From the NCBI GenBank assembly GCA_030744875.1, contig JASLPR010000003.1:3128-67127 (forward strand): a DNA stretch of 64,000 nt. Direction: 5' to 3'. The notes under the pieces were generated by a model, which was not told the origin of the DNA, searched no databases, and was given only the letters and a program-made list of their open reading frames with translations. The stretch is from Chloroflexota bacterium. Lineage in GTDB: Bacteria; Chloroflexota; UBA11872; VXNJ01. The translations under genes were made by a program, and so were the position numbers. This document shows positions 18,774 to 29,384 of this stretch, piece by piece. How positions within the stretch are numbered: position 1 is the first letter of the stretch; each line of letters starts with the position of its first letter.

Positions 18774-20051
18774 CTACCCGGACGGGGAGGCAGAACGCTT
18801 TGCGATCTCGGCGATGAGGTCGTTGAGGGCGACGTCCTCCTGGAGGCCGGAGAGCATGTCGCGCAGGGCGACGCGGCCGGATTCGAGTTCGCGATCACCG
18901 AGGATGGCGGCGTAGCGGACGCCGGCGGTGTTGGCGCGACGCAGGTGCGAGCGGGGACTGGCGCCGCGATATCCGCTGAGGACGGCGATGCCGGCGGCGC
19001 GCAGGCGGCCGGCGAGTCCGGTAGCGGTGGGCTGGGCGGCTTCGGAGAGCGGCGCGATATAGACGGTGGGCCTGGTGGGGGGCGGGGGGAGCAGCCCGGC
19101 GGCTTCGAGGTTCAGCAGGACGCGCTCGATGCCGCAGCCGAAGCCGACCCCGGGCAGCGGATCGCCGCCGATGAACTCGGACAGCAGGTCGTAGCGGCCG
19201 CCGCCGGCGATGGTGGTCTGGCCGCCGACGGTGGCCGGCCAGATCTCGAATACCGTGCGGGTGTAGTAGTCGAGCCCGCGGACCAAGAGGTGGTCGACCT
19301 TGAAGGGGATGCCCAGGGCTTCGAGCCCGGCTTTGACCTGCTCGAAATGGGCGGCGGCTTCGGCGCTGAGGTGGTCGATGGAGTGCGGCGCGGCGGCCTT
19401 GTGCGGCTGGCAGGAGGCCTCTTTGCAGTCGAGCAGCCGCAGCGGGTTGCTCTCTAGCCGGGTGCGGCAGTCGCGGCAGAGCTGGTCCTCGAGAGGGCGG
19501 TAGTAGGCAAGTAGCGCTTCGCGGTAGGCGGCGCGGTCGTCGGGATCGCCGATGCTGTTGAGGTTCAGTTGAAGATCGGCGAGCCCCAGGTCGCCAAGGA
19601 CACCCCAGGTGAGTGCGATGACCTCGGCGTCGACGTGGCCGTCAGCTTCACCGAGGACTTCGGCCCCGATCTGGTGGTGCTGGCGGAGCCGCCCGGCCTG
19701 GGGGCGGTCGTAGCGATAGATGGGAGTGACGTAATAGAGGCGGACCGGCTGGGACCAGTTCTTCATGCCGTGCTGGTTATAGGCGCGGACCACCGAGGCG
19801 GTGCCTTCGGGACGCAGCGTGAGGCTGTCGCCGCCGCGATCGTCGAAGGAGTACATCTCCTTGGAGACGATGTCGGTATCGATGCCGACGGCGCGGGCAA
19901 AGAGGGCGGTGCTCTCGAAGGTCGGGGTCTCGATACGGTCGTAGCCGAACAGCCGGCAGCGGCGCTCGAATGCGCTAACGACGTGGTCCCAGCCGGGCCG
20001 GGCGTCGGGGAGGAGGTCCTGGGTGCCGCGGGGGGTGCGGAAGGTGCTCAT
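18774..20051 (-). CDS. hisS: histidine--tRNA ligase
   Basis: The conserved start MSTFRTPRGTQDLLP is at the internal ATG 20049-20051 (ATGA overlap with the upstream DUF167 gene). Class II aaRS motifs present. 425 aa. Confidence 0.95.
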   Translation of the reverse strand: MSTFRTPRGTQDLLPDARPGWDHVVSAFERRCRLFGYDRIETPTFESTALFARAVGIDTDIVSKEMYSFDDRGGDSLTLRPEGTASVVRAYNQHGMKNWSQPVRLYYVTPIYRYDRPQAGRLRQHHQIGAEVLGEADGHVDAEVIALTWGVLGDLGLADLQLNLNSIGDPDDRAAYREALLAYYRPLEDQLCRDCRTRLESNPLRLLDCKEASCQPHKAAAPHSIDHLSAEAAAHFEQVKAGLEALGIPFKVDHLLVRGLDYYTRTVFEIWPATVGGQTTIAGGGRYDLLSEFIGGDPLPGVGFGCGIERVLLNLEAAGLLPPPPTRPTVYIAPLSEAAQPTATGLAGRLRAAGIAVLSGYRGASPRSHLRRANTAGVRYAAILGDRELESGRVALRDMLSGLQEDVALNDLIAEIAKRSASPSG

Positions 20052-20350
20052 GCGACGGGAACTCCGAAAAGGCGGTGACGGACCTCGGGGAGAGCCGCGC
20101 CGCTGAGGGCGATGGTCTTGCGTCGCGAGGAGGCGCCGCGGAGGATCTGGATGTCGCGTCGGGGGAGGTGGTGGGTGGAGGCCAGGAAGCAAACCAGGGC
20201 GGCGTTGGCGCGGCCTTCGCGAGCCGGTGATTTCAACGAAATCTTGAGGGCGTTGTCGTGCTCGCTGAGAAGGGCATCGCGCTTGGACCCGGGGGAGACG
20301 GCAACATCGAGGAGGACCCGATCGCCGCGGGTGTGCAGGGCCGGGGACAC
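20048..20350 (-). CDS. DUF167 (YggU-like) protein
   Basis: 100-aa ORF. The pattern L.V.V.PG.KR......D.ALKI.L..P..EG.AN..L..FLA is typical of YggU/DUF167. Sits downstream of yggT as in many genomes. Confidence 0.7.
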   Translation of the reverse strand: MSPALHTRGDRVLLDVAVSPGSKRDALLSEHDNALKISLKSPAREGRANAALVCFLASTHHLPRRDIQILRGASSRRKTIALSGAALPEVRHRLFGVPVA

Positions 20351-20354
20351 GAGA

Positions 20355-20618
20355 CTAGACGTAGCCTCGCAGCAGCGAGACGACGAGCTGGCCGATGATG
20401 CGCAGTCCGATGAAGGCGACGATCAGCGATAGATCGAACCCACCCATCGGGGGCAGGCGCCGGCGAATGGGGGCTAGGATGGGCTCAGTGAGGTCGTAGA
20501 GGGTGCGCATAATCGGGTTGTAGGGGTCCTGGATGAACCAGGAGAGGATGGCGCGGGCGAAAAGCAGAATCGTGAGGATCGAGATGACGGCATCGACAAA
20601 CTCGGCGATCTGAGGCAA
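20355..20618 (-). CDS. YggT family membrane protein
   Basis: 87-aa ORF with two hydrophobic segments and the L..LTEP.L.P.RR..P motif. Position after ftsZ/yggS is typical. Confidence 0.8.
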   Translation of the reverse strand: MPQIAEFVDAVISILTILLFARAILSWFIQDPYNPIMRTLYDLTEPILAPIRRRLPPMGGFDLSLIVAFIGLRIIGQLVVSLLRGYV

Positions 20619-20675
20619 TTGGGCTCGGCCCTTTCTGCAATTGAAACCCGACCGGCGGGATGGTGAAGGGTTACT

Positions 20676-21320
20676 TTAGCTGCGTTCGCCGAAGATTGCG
20701 CGGCCTACCCGGATGAGGGTGGCGCCCTCTTCGACGGCGTATTCGAAATCGGAGGTCATGCCCATGGATAGATGGGTCCAGGGCTGCCCGGGAAGCTCGG
20801 ATATCAGATTCTCTCGCAGTTCGCGGAGGCGGCCAAACACGGGGCGCAGGACGGCCTCTTCGTCGACGAAGGGAGCGATGGTCATGAGTCCGTCGAGGTG
20901 CAGGGACGTTTCGGCGGCGATGGCGGCGCACAACTCCGCGAGTTCGGCGGGAGCGACGCCGTGCTGGCCGGGGTTGCCGGTGAGATTCACCTGGATGAGG
21001 ATTGGCTGGCTGGGGTTGGCGTGGCGATCGAGGGCGCGGGCGAGACGGAGACTGTCGACGGACTGAATGAGGTGGAAGAGGGGGATGGCGCGGGCCTTGT
21101 TGCGTTGCAGGTGGCCGACCAGGTGCCAGCGGATGTCCGCGGGGGCGGCTTCGATCTTGACCTGGGCTTCCTGGACCCGGTTTTCGCCCAGGTCGCGGAG
21201 TCCGGCGGCGTGGGCGGCTTCAACGACGGGCAGGTCGAATGTCTTGGTGATTGCGACGGTGGTGACGCCGGCGGGGTCGCGGCCGGCCCGTGCGACGGCC
21301 GCGGCAACGCGCTCCTGCAC
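20676..21320 (-). CDS. YggS-family pyridoxal phosphate homeostasis protein
   Basis: KT...GENRVQE...WHLVGHLQRNK motifs. The track start is GTG 21318-21320. Family-like sequence (..EAIRANHARV..) continues upstream with no ATG/GTG/TTG, so the true start is uncertain. Confidence 0.82.
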   Translation of the reverse strand: MQERVAAAVARAGRDPAGVTTVAITKTFDLPVVEAAHAAGLRDLGENRVQEAQVKIEAAPADIRWHLVGHLQRNKARAIPLFHLIQSVDSLRLARALDRHANPSQPILIQVNLTGNPGQHGVAPAELAELCAAIAAETSLHLDGLMTIAPFVDEEAVLRPVFGRLRELRENLISELPGQPWTHLSMGMTSDFEYAVEEGATLIRVGRAIFGERS

Positions 21321-21451
21321 GCGGGCGTGGTTGGCGCGGATGGCTTCCTGGAGAGCGCTGGCGGCGATGGTGGATTTCCGAGTTTGTCCGTGGCTACGCA
21401 GTGACGGTAACAGGCTGATGCGGCGGGACGGGAGCTGCCGGGCGGCGGGAG

Positions 21452-22615
21452 CTAGCTCTGGCCGCGACGGCGCAGGAAGGTCGGAATGTCGGCGTCGCCG
21501 CCACCGCGCTCGGTTTCGGCGCCGAGCTGGCCGATGGTCCCGCGGAAGGCGGCGCCGCGCCGGCCGGGGAGGGCCCAGCTGCGGGCCGAATGGAATCCGG
21601 TGGCGATGACGGTGACTTTGATTTCGGACTCCATCGCTTCGTCGATGACCGCGCCGAAGATGATGTTGGCGTTGGGATCGGCGGCTTCGGAGACGATGGT
21701 GGCCGCTTCGTTGACTTCGAATAGCGTGAGGTCGAGCCCGCCGGTGAAGTTGAGCAGGACACCGCTGGCGCCGTCGATGGAGATGTCCAGCAACGGGCTG
21801 TGCAGCGCTTCGTGGATGGCCTTGACGGCGCGGTCTTCGCCGGACGCCTGGCCGAGCGCCATGAGCGCGCTGCCGGCGTTGGTCATGATGGCGCGGACAT
21901 CGTTGAAGTCGAGGTTGATGAGCCCGGGCTGGGTGATGAGGTCGGAAATGCCCTGGATGGCCTGGCGGAGGACGTCGTCGGCGAGCCGGAAGGCGTCGGT
22001 AATCGGCATCTTCTGGTCGGCGATTTCGAGGATCTTGTCGTTGGGGATGGTGATGACGGTGTCGACGCGGGAGGTCAGCTTGGCGATGCCGTCTTCGGCG
22101 ATCTGCGCTCGGTTGGCGCCTTCGAACTCGAAGGGACGGGTGACGACGGCAACCGTAAGCGCGCCGACATCGGCCGCGATGTCGGCGATGATGGGGCTGC
22201 CGCCGGTGCCGGTGCCGCCGCCGAGGCCGGTGGCCAGGAAGACCATGTCGGCGCCACGCAGCGCGTCGGCGATGTCGTCGGAGCTTTCTTCGGCGGCCTT
22301 TTCACCGAGGTTGGGGTCGCCGCCGGAGCCAAGCCCCTTGGTGGCCTTGTCGCCCATACGGATGCGGGTGGGCGCCAGCGAGCGCATCAGCGCCTGGGCG
22401 TCGGTGTTGACGGTGATGAATTCGAGGCCGGCGATGTTGGAGCGGATCATGCGGTCGACGGCGTTGCTGCCGCCGCCACCGACGCCGATGACTTTGATCT
22501 GAGCGAGCGCGTCCATACCGCCGCCGGGCCCACCGCGGGCCGGAGCCGGATCGGCGGGTGGCGTGGAGGAAGACACCCGGGTGACCCGGCTGCCGCCGCG
22601 AGTTTCCTCTGTCAT
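21452..22615 (-). CDS. ftsZ: cell division GTPase FtsZ
   Basis: [14 protein letters not shown] and GGGTGTG tubulin signature, with a C-terminal DIPTFLRRR peptide. The start is ambiguous: in-frame ATGs at 22657, 22615 and 22516 ([11 protein letters not shown]). Confidence 0.96.
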   Translation of the reverse strand: MTEETRGGSRVTRVSSSTPPADPAPARGGPGGGMDALAQIKVIGVGGGGSNAVDRMIRSNIAGLEFITVNTDAQALMRSLAPTRIRMGDKATKGLGSGGDPNLGEKAAEESSDDIADALRGADMVFLATGLGGGTGTGGSPIIADIAADVGALTVAVVTRPFEFEGANRAQIAEDGIAKLTSRVDTVITIPNDKILEIADQKMPITDAFRLADDVLRQAIQGISDLITQPGLINLDFNDVRAIMTNAGSALMALGQASGEDRAVKAIHEALHSPLLDISIDGASGVLLNFTGGLDLTLFEVNEAATIVSEAADPNANIIFGAVIDEAMESEIKVTVIATGFHSARSWALPGRRGAAFRGTIGQLGAETERGGGDADIPTFLRRRGQS

Positions 22616-22746
22616 CGCGTGTCCGATCCTTTCGTCCCGGCGGGCCGCCGGCTCCATTCCCAGAACGGTAGCTCAGACAAGGTCCAGCGGGGTCCAATCG
22701 TGGCGTAATCGACCATGGCCGCGTAACGCTCGTAACGACGGTTTAC

Positions 22747-22774
22747 ATAATAGTTCAAAACGAGATTTTTTCAA
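22747..22774 (-). promoter_or_regulatory. candidate sigma-70-type promoter for ftsZ
   Basis: The minus strand reads TTGAAA-N16-TATTAT in the only AT-rich patch of the ftsA-ftsZ spacer. The -35 lies at 22769-22774 and the -10 at 22747-22752. Confidence 0.4.
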
Positions 22775-22776
22775 TA

Positions 22777-24039
22777 CTAGGAGTCGGTCTCCCAGCCGGG
22801 TTTGGGCGCGAAGAGGCCGCGAAACCAATCCTGAACGCCGTTGAAGACGGCCTGCGGGCCGGTGGGATTGGGGGCCAGCCAGCCGGTGCCGGCGCGGGCT
22901 TCGAGCCCGGCCATGATGAGCCCGATGCCGGTGCAGAATTCAGGCTGGCGGACTTCTTCGTCGAGTCCCCAAAGCGCCGGCGGGCGGCCCAGGGTGACCG
23001 GTAACTCGAGGACGCGGCCGGCGAGTTGGACCAGGCCCTGTAGCTGCGATCCGCCGCCGGTGAGCACGACGCCGGCCGGCAGCAGGTCGAAGTAACCGCT
23101 GGCCCGGATGGCCTGGCGGACCTGTTCGAGAATCTCGGCCATGCGGGCTTCGATGACCATCGAAAGGTCGGAGCGCCGGACGGCGATCGGCGCGCCGCGG
23201 TCGAACCCGGGCACGTCGATGAGAGAGTCGTCTTCGCGGGCGGCGTCGTCGACCCGGCCGTGGCGGAGCTTGAGGTCTTCGGCGACCGACATCGGCAATC
23301 GCAGACCGCGCGAGATGTCGGCGGTGACTTGGTTGCCACCTACCGCCAGCACCGAGATGTTCCAGCAGTTGTCGTCCATGAAGACCGCGACGTCGGTGGT
23401 GCCGCCGCCGATATCGACCAGGACGACGCCGTCGCGGCGCTGCTCGGCGGTGAGCGCGGCCTGGGCCGAGGCGAGCGGTTGCAAGATGCTGAGTTCGATC
23501 CCGACGCGGGCCGCCTTCAGCGACGCCTCCAAGTTGTCCATGGCGTTGATCATGCCGCTGACGACGTGGGTCTCAACCCCCAGCTTGCGGCCGGCCAGGC
23601 CGCGCGGATTGGCGACGCCGCGCATGTCATCGACCGAGAACGTTTTGGGGATAACGGCGACGATCTCGCGGTCGGGCGGCAGGGCGACGTTGGCGGTGGT
23701 CTGGATGACCCGATCGATATGGTGCGGGGCGATGGAGACTTCGTTGGGGCGCAGGCGCAGCGTGGCGGCGTGGCTCTGGGAGTGCAGGTGCCCCCCGGCG
23801 ATACCGACGCAGACGCGGTCAAACTTGACCCCGGCGGCGCGTTCCCCCCGAAACGCGGCTTGGTCGATGGCCTGGCTCGTAAGGCCGATATCGACAACTT
23901 GCCCCTTGTTGAGACCGCGCGACTCGGCGGTGCCCAGCCCCAGGATGTGCACCTGGGACTCGCGGTATAGCTCGCCGATGACGATGGCGGTCTTGGTGGT
24001 GCCGACATCGAGGCCGACTATCAGGTTCCTCCTAGGCAC
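22777..24039 (-). CDS. ftsA: cell division protein FtsA
   Basis: Actin-like ATPase motifs (IVGLDVGTTK, VLVDIGGGTTD). GTG at 24037-24039 is preferred because AAGGAGGG lies 5 nt upstream. The track ATG at 24114 would overlap ftsQ by 29 nt. Confidence 0.94.
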   Translation of the reverse strand: MPRRNLIVGLDVGTTKTAIVIGELYRESQVHILGLGTAESRGLNKGQVVDIGLTSQAIDQAAFRGERAAGVKFDRVCVGIAGGHLHSQSHAATLRLRPNEVSIAPHHIDRVIQTTANVALPPDREIVAVIPKTFSVDDMRGVANPRGLAGRKLGVETHVVSGMINAMDNLEASLKAARVGIELSILQPLASAQAALTAEQRRDGVVLVDIGGGTTDVAVFMDDNCWNISVLAVGGNQVTADISRGLRLPMSVAEDLKLRHGRVDDAAREDDSLIDVPGFDRGAPIAVRRSDLSMVIEARMAEILEQVRQAIRASGYFDLLPAGVVLTGGGSQLQGLVQLAGRVLELPVTLGRPPALWGLDEEVRQPEFCTGIGLIMAGLEARAGTGWLAPNPTGPQAVFNGVQDWFRGLFAPKPGWETDS

Positions 24040-24085
24040 GGTTTCCCTCCTTGTACCGGTGGTCGGTGCTAAATGGTCGTGTATT

Positions 24086-24844
24086 TCATGGCAGCAACGT
24101 GGCTTCGGCGGCATCGAATGCCTTGTAGGTGGGCCGGTCGATCGGGCGCAGGTCGATGCTGCGGATGGCGATGCCCTGGCGGGCGGCGTCGTCGAGGACG
24201 GCGTTGAGCGCGATGAGCTTGGCTTCGAGGCCTTCGGGCGGGCCGAAGAGGATCTCGACCCCGTCGACCGTGGTGACTGTGATACCCGCCGGGCCGGAGT
24301 GGGTGATGTGGAGCGGCTCCAACGCCAGCAGCGGCAAGTTCTGGTCGAGGATGTAGGAGGCTTCGAGGGCGGTGAGGTTGACGATGTCGCCGATGGCCGG
24401 TTCGCGGGTTTCCAGGTCGTGGACGGTGAGCGCCAGGTCGGGGTCGGTCCCGGCCGCCAGCAGGGTGGCTGTTTCGTCCACCAGGAAGGTCTGCTCGCCG
24501 ACCTGCCAGTTGGCCACCGGGCGGCGGTGGGTGACGTGGATGATGAGCGAGCCGTCGAGGCGCGTCTCGACCGCGGCGGAACGGACGGACGGCTCGTTTT
24601 CGAGTTCGGCCGATAGATCGGTGGTGCGCAGCCGGAAGATGCTTTCGCCGACGGCCCAGTTGAGCCGGCTGGCCAGCTCGAGTTCGTCGACCAGCGGCGG
24701 CGGTGAGCCGTAGTCGCGGATCAGTGAGATGGAACGGATCGTAAACAACGGAGAGGACAGGAACCAGATGAGCGCCGCGCCGGCGCCCAGGGCCAGGACC
24801 AGGGAGAACCATTTGCTGGAATGGCGGTCGACGAATTCGATCAT
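24086..24844 (-). CDS. ftsQ: cell division protein FtsQ (POTRA domain)
   Basis: 252-aa ORF with a single N-terminal TM helix followed by a POTRA-like region. Position between murB and ftsA. Confidence 0.78.
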   Translation of the reverse strand: MIEFVDRHSSKWFSLVLALGAGAALIWFLSSPLFTIRSISLIRDYGSPPPLVDELELASRLNWAVGESIFRLRTTDLSAELENEPSVRSAAVETRLDGSLIIHVTHRRPVANWQVGEQTFLVDETATLLAAGTDPDLALTVHDLETREPAIGDIVNLTALEASYILDQNLPLLALEPLHITHSGPAGITVTTVDGVEILFGPPEGLEAKLIALNAVLDDAARQGIAIRSIDLRPIDRPTYKAFDAAEATLLP

Positions 24845-25764
24845 GGCGAGGCTCCGAATCCTTCTCCGATGAAACGGATTTCTGTTTCTAGCTGGATGTT
24901 GAATTGGTCCGCGACCGCGGCGCGGGCGCGATGGATCAGCGCCGCGACATCGGCTGCCGTGGCGCCGCCCCGATTGGTGATGAAGTTGGCGTGCCGGTCG
25001 GAGATTTGGGCATTGCCGCAGCGAGTGCCCTTGAGCCCGGCGGCTTCGATGAGGCGGCCGGCGTGGTCGTCGGGTGGATTGCGAAAGACGGAGCCGGCGC
25101 TGGGGTTGGCGGGCTGGGTGGTGCGGCGCTGCCGGGAAAGTTCAGTCATGCGCGCGCGGATGGCCTCGGACCCGTCGGGGACAGCCTGCAGGATGGCGTC
25201 GAGCACGACCGGGGTTCCAGAGAGAGCCTGGAGGGCGCTGTGGCGGTAGGCGAAGACGAGCTCAGCGTTGCTAAGCCGGCTCTGCGCGCCGTCGTGCCAG
25301 ATGTTGGTTTCGATGAGGACGTCTTTGATTTCGACGCCGAAGCAACCGGCGTTGCCGAACACGGAGCCGCCCAGCGAGCCGGGGATGCCGACGCCGAACT
25401 CGAGCCCGGCGAGGCCCCGTTCGGCACTCCAGGCGGCGAGCCGGCCCATGAGCACGCCGGAGCCGGCGCGGACGGCGTTGGCGGGGATGGCTTCGAGGGT
25501 GACGACGCGATTGTGGATGGTGAGGCCGCGGATGCCAGCGTCGCCGATGAGGACGTTGGAGCCTTCGCCGAGCACGGTGATGGGGATTGCGGCCGCGTGG
25601 GCGGCGTCGAGCAGGGCGATAAGATCGGGCGTGGATTCGGGCGCGGCGAAGTGATCGGCCGACCCGCCGACGCCGAAGGTGGTGAGCGGCGCGAGTGGAT
25701 GGTCCGCGAGGACGGCGGCCGAACCGGGCCAGGCGGGCAGAGAGCGGGTCATGATCGTAGCCAT
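24841..25764 (-). CDS. murB: UDP-N-acetylenolpyruvoylglucosamine reductase
   Basis: 307-aa ORF with the FAD-binding LAPLTTFGVGG and GAGSN-like motifs and a MurB C-terminal domain. ATGA overlap with ftsQ. Confidence 0.93.
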   Translation of the reverse strand: MATIMTRSLPAWPGSAAVLADHPLAPLTTFGVGGSADHFAAPESTPDLIALLDAAHAAAIPITVLGEGSNVLIGDAGIRGLTIHNRVVTLEAIPANAVRAGSGVLMGRLAAWSAERGLAGLEFGVGIPGSLGGSVFGNAGCFGVEIKDVLIETNIWHDGAQSRLSNAELVFAYRHSALQALSGTPVVLDAILQAVPDGSEAIRARMTELSRQRRTTQPANPSAGSVFRNPPDDHAGRLIEAAGLKGTRCGNAQISDRHANFITNRGGATAADVAALIHRARAAVADQFNIQLETEIRFIGEGFGASP

Positions 25765-27140
25765 TGGGCAAGCCTTTCGGCCAGGCGGTTGATGTCGCCG
25801 GCGCCGATGAGGATGATCAGGTCACCGTGGCGGGCTTCGGTGGTGACCTGGTCGTGGGCGGCGTCGAGAGTGGCGGCGAAGCCGGCGGGTGGGCTGATGG
25901 CGGCGGCAAGGTCGGCGCCGGAGAGAGTGCCCGTCTCGCGGCCGGGCGGCGAGAAGATTTCGGTGATGGTGACGCGGTCGGCGTCGCCAAAGGCCGCCGC
26001 GAAGTCATCGAAGAAGTCCTCGGTGCGGCTGCGCAGGTGCGGCTGGAAGACGGCCCAGACGCGGCCGGCGCCGGTGCCGGCGGCCGCCGCCAGCGCGGCG
26101 CGGACTTCGGTGGGGTGGTGGGCGTAGTCGGTGACGATGCGGATGCCGCGCGCTTCGGCGAGGAGTTCGAAGCGGCGGTCGGCGCCGCGGAAGCCGGAGA
26201 GCCCGGCGATGGCTTCTTTGGCCGAGAGCCCGATGGCGACGGCGGCGGCGACGGCGGCGAGGGCGTTGCGCGCGTTGTGCTGGCCAGGTAGCGGCAGCCG
26301 CGCCGGGTGCGAATCGCCGTTGGGATCGGAAATGTCGAAGGTGCTGCCCCAGGCGCCGTCAACGAAGTCGACCAGTTGCCAGTCACCGCCGGGGCCGAAA
26401 CGCAGAACTTCGCAGGAGGCGGCGGCAACGAGGTCGTCGATGGCCGGGATGCCGGCGCGGGCGATGAGGAGTCCGTCGGTCTTCACGGCGGCGGCGAACT
26501 GGCGGAATTCGTCGCGGATGCGCTCGAAGCTGCCGAAGTAGTCAAGGTGATCGGGCTCGAGGTGGTTGATCACTGCGATGTGCGGGCGGTATTCGAGGAA
26601 GGCGCTGTCGTATTCGTCGGCCTCGATGACGAATTCGGGGTCGGTGCCCCAGGCGGAGTTGCCGTTGAGATCAGGAACCGCCGCGCCGATGAGGTAGCCC
26701 GGATCGCGGCCGACGCTTTTCAAAATGGTGGCCAGCATGGCCGTGGTGGTGGTCTTGCCGTGGGTGCCGGCGATTGCCACGCCCCGGCGCTGATCGAGCA
26801 GCCGTCCGATGAACTCGGCCCTTCGCAGGATCGGGATGCCGAGTTCGCGGGCGCGGATCATCTCCGGATTATCGTCGGGCACGGCGGCGGAGAAGACAAC
26901 CAGGTCGGCGGCGGGGAGGTTGGCGACACCGTGGCCGATGTGCACGGTGGCGCCGGCGACACGGAGACGGTCGGTGTAGGCGGAGGCGGCCATGTCGGAG
27001 CCGGAGATTTGCGAGCCGCGCTCTAGCAACACGCCGGCGATGGCGCTCAACGCCATGCCGCCGATGCCGATGAGATGCACCCGGGCGGGGAGGGCCTCGT
27101 GGGGTGGGGTGGGGGCGGTCATGACGGGTGCTTCACTCAT
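25749..27140 (-). CDS. murC: UDP-N-acetylmuramate--L-alanine ligase
   Basis: 463-aa ORF. HLIGIGG.GMSA-like N-terminus, Mur ligase P-loop GTHGKTTTT, DYAHHP. Confidence 0.95.
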   Translation of the reverse strand: MSEAPVMTAPTPPHEALPARVHLIGIGGMALSAIAGVLLERGSQISGSDMAASAYTDRLRVAGATVHIGHGVANLPAADLVVFSAAVPDDNPEMIRARELGIPILRRAEFIGRLLDQRRGVAIAGTHGKTTTTAMLATILKSVGRDPGYLIGAAVPDLNGNSAWGTDPEFVIEADEYDSAFLEYRPHIAVINHLEPDHLDYFGSFERIRDEFRQFAAAVKTDGLLIARAGIPAIDDLVAAASCEVLRFGPGGDWQLVDFVDGAWGSTFDISDPNGDSHPARLPLPGQHNARNALAAVAAAVAIGLSAKEAIAGLSGFRGADRRFELLAEARGIRIVTDYAHHPTEVRAALAAAAGTGAGRVWAVFQPHLRSRTEDFFDDFAAAFGDADRVTITEIFSPPGRETGTLSGADLAAAISPPAGFAATLDAAHDQVTTEARHGDLIILIGAGDINRLAERLAQWLRS

Positions 27141-28240
27141 GCGGCCTTCCGGGAGGCGGCGATGTCGACGAGGATGTCGGCGACCCGTGCCGCGGCGTCG
27201 GGCCGGCCTAGGAATTCGGCGGCGGTGGCCATGCGGGCAAGGTGTTCGCGGTCGTCGAGCAGGCCGGTGATGGACTCGAAAAGCGTATTGGCGGTGAGGT
27301 CGGGCTCTGCGAGGACCAGTGCCGCGCCGGCCGCTTCGAGCCAGCGGGCGTTGGCGACCTGGTGGCCGCCGGCGAAACCGCCGGGGATCAGCAGCGAGGG
27401 GAGCGCGGAGGCCGTGAATTCGTGGATGGAACCACCGGAACGAGCCACCGCCAGGTCGGCGGCGGCGAGGAGGTCGGCGAAACCGTCGCCCAGAAAGGCG
27501 AGCGGGGTGTAGGCGTTGCGCGAGGTGTCGGGCAACGAGTCACGGATGGCCGTGGCGGTGTCGAGCCCGACGGCCCCGGCTAGATGGACGATGTGGGCGC
27601 GCCGCAGCAAGCGGTCGAGGACCGGGCCGAGCGCTAGGTTAATCGCGCGCGCGCCCTGACTTCCACCCATCACGACCAGGAGGGGGCGGTCGGAAGGGAT
27701 GTTGAAGCGGGCGCGCGAGCGAGCGGCGTCGGCCTGGCGAAACCCGGGCCGGAGGGGGAGCCCGGTGATGGCGGTGGGACGGCCGCCGAAGACCAGTGCC
27801 GCGGGTTGGCAGGCAACAGTGATGAGACGCGCGAAACGCGCGATGAGCAGCGCCGCGCGGCCAGGCTGGACGTCGTTGGCCTGCAGGACCAACGGGACGC
27901 CGCCGAGCCGGCTGGCGATCGATCCGGGGATCGAGGCGTAGCCGCCGCCGCTGAGCGCGACGTCGGGCTTGAAACGACGGATGGCGCGCAGCGCGGCGAT
28001 GGTGGCGGAAGACGTCTTGAGGAGATTCCAGGGGAGCCGCGCGCCCGCACCGACCACCGGCGCGGCCGACGTGGCCAGGAACGGGTGGCCGGCGTCGCCG
28101 AACAGGCGCTGGTCCAGTTCGCGGCGCCCGCCGATGGCCAGGACCGCGAGATTGGCGTCGCGGGTGGCGAGCTCGGCGGCGACCGCCGTGATCGGGAAGA
28201 TATGGCCGGCTGTGGCGCCGCCGCACAGCAATAGCCTCAT
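27137..28240 (-). CDS. murG: undecaprenyldiphospho-muramoylpentapeptide beta-N-acetylglucosaminyltransferase
   Basis: The conserved start MRLLLCGGATAGHIFP is at the internal ATG 28238-28240 (ATGA overlap with the ftsW stop). 367 aa. Confidence 0.93.
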   Translation of the reverse strand: MRLLLCGGATAGHIFPITAVAAELATRDANLAVLAIGGRRELDQRLFGDAGHPFLATSAAPVVGAGARLPWNLLKTSSATIAALRAIRRFKPDVALSGGGYASIPGSIASRLGGVPLVLQANDVQPGRAALLIARFARLITVACQPAALVFGGRPTAITGLPLRPGFRQADAARSRARFNIPSDRPLLVVMGGSQGARAINLALGPVLDRLLRRAHIVHLAGAVGLDTATAIRDSLPDTSRNAYTPLAFLGDGFADLLAAADLAVARSGGSIHEFTASALPSLLIPGGFAGGHQVANARWLEAAGAALVLAEPDLTANTLFESITGLLDDREHLARMATAAEFLGRPDAAARVADILVDIAASRKAA

Positions 28241-29382
28241 CGGCGCGCTCCCAGGCTGGCGGCGCGGGAGACGTTCATCAGAATTCCGAGCATTGCCAGC
28301 GAGACGATTAGCGAGGTCCCGCCACTGCTGATGAAGGGCAGGGGCAGGCCGGTGACCGGCAGCCGGCCGGTGACGACGAGCATGTTGATGAACGCCTGGG
28401 TGGCGAGCTGAAAGGAGATGCCGGCCGCCAGGCAACGGCCATAGGTGTCGGGGGCGTGATAGGCGATCCAGAGCCCGCGCGCTAGCAAGAGGACGAACAG
28501 TAGCGTCAGGGCGGCGGTGCCGAGCAGGCCAAGCTCTTCGCCGATGACCGCGAAGACGGAGTCGGTGTGGGGGGCGGGGAGGTAGAGGAACTTCATGGTG
28601 CCCATGCCGAGCCCTTTGCCGGTGATTCCGCCGGAGCCGAGCGCCAGCAGAGATTGCTGCGCCTGGTAGCCGGACCCGAGCAGGTCGTCGCCGGGGCTGA
28701 AGAATGCCTGGATGCGGATGAACTGGTAGGGGTTGCGCATGATCGACAGGCCGACCCCGAGCGCCAGGACAGCCGCGACATAGAGAAAGTGGCGGAGGCG
28801 GGCGCCGGCGACGAAGGCGATGGCGCTGGAGGTGGCCAGAATGACGATCGAGGTACCGAGGTCGGGCTCGATGGCCACGAGCAGGAGCGGGATTAGGACC
28901 AGCAGGAACCCGATCAGGAAGGTGCGCTGGTGGCGGAGGCGGTCGCCGACGCGGCCGGCCCAGTAGCCGAGCGTGATGATGAGCGCCGGCTTGGCGATTT
29001 CGCTGGGCTGGAAGGAGAGGAACGAGATGTCGAGCCAGCGGTGCGGGCCCGCGGAACTGGCCAGCCCGGGGACGAGGACGGCGACCAGGAGGACGACGGC
29101 GATTGCGTACAGCAGCCAGGAGCGGTGGCCGTAGCGGCGGTAGTCGATCTGGGCGACCCCGAGGGCGACGGCGATGCCGGCGGTGGTGATGAGGGAGTTG
29201 CGGAGGATGGCCGCGCCAAACGCGGCGGCGTCGTCGGCCATGACCGGCATGAGCGCGCTGGCGACCACGACGCCGCCGATCAGCGGTAGGACGATGGCCA
29301 GGATCAGCAGCAACGGGTCGAGGTCGGGCCAGGACAGCGTGCCGCGCTCGAGGAAACGGTAGCGCCGGGCGGGAGCGGCCAT
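28237..29382 (-). CDS. ftsW: SEDS-family peptidoglycan glycosyltransferase FtsW
   Basis: Internal ATG 29380-29382, 2 nt after the ftsI stop. 381-aa polytopic protein with the C-terminal GLPLPFISSGGTS motif. Confidence 0.9.
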   Translation of the reverse strand: MAAPARRYRFLERGTLSWPDLDPLLLILAIVLPLIGGVVVASALMPVMADDAAAFGAAILRNSLITTAGIAVALGVAQIDYRRYGHRSWLLYAIAVVLLVAVLVPGLASSAGPHRWLDISFLSFQPSEIAKPALIITLGYWAGRVGDRLRHQRTFLIGFLLVLIPLLLVAIEPDLGTSIVILATSSAIAFVAGARLRHFLYVAAVLALGVGLSIMRNPYQFIRIQAFFSPGDDLLGSGYQAQQSLLALGSGGITGKGLGMGTMKFLYLPAPHTDSVFAVIGEELGLLGTAALTLLFVLLLARGLWIAYHAPDTYGRCLAAGISFQLATQAFINMLVVTGRLPVTGLPLPFISSGGTSLIVSLAMLGILMNVSRAASLGARR

Positions 29383-29384
29383 GC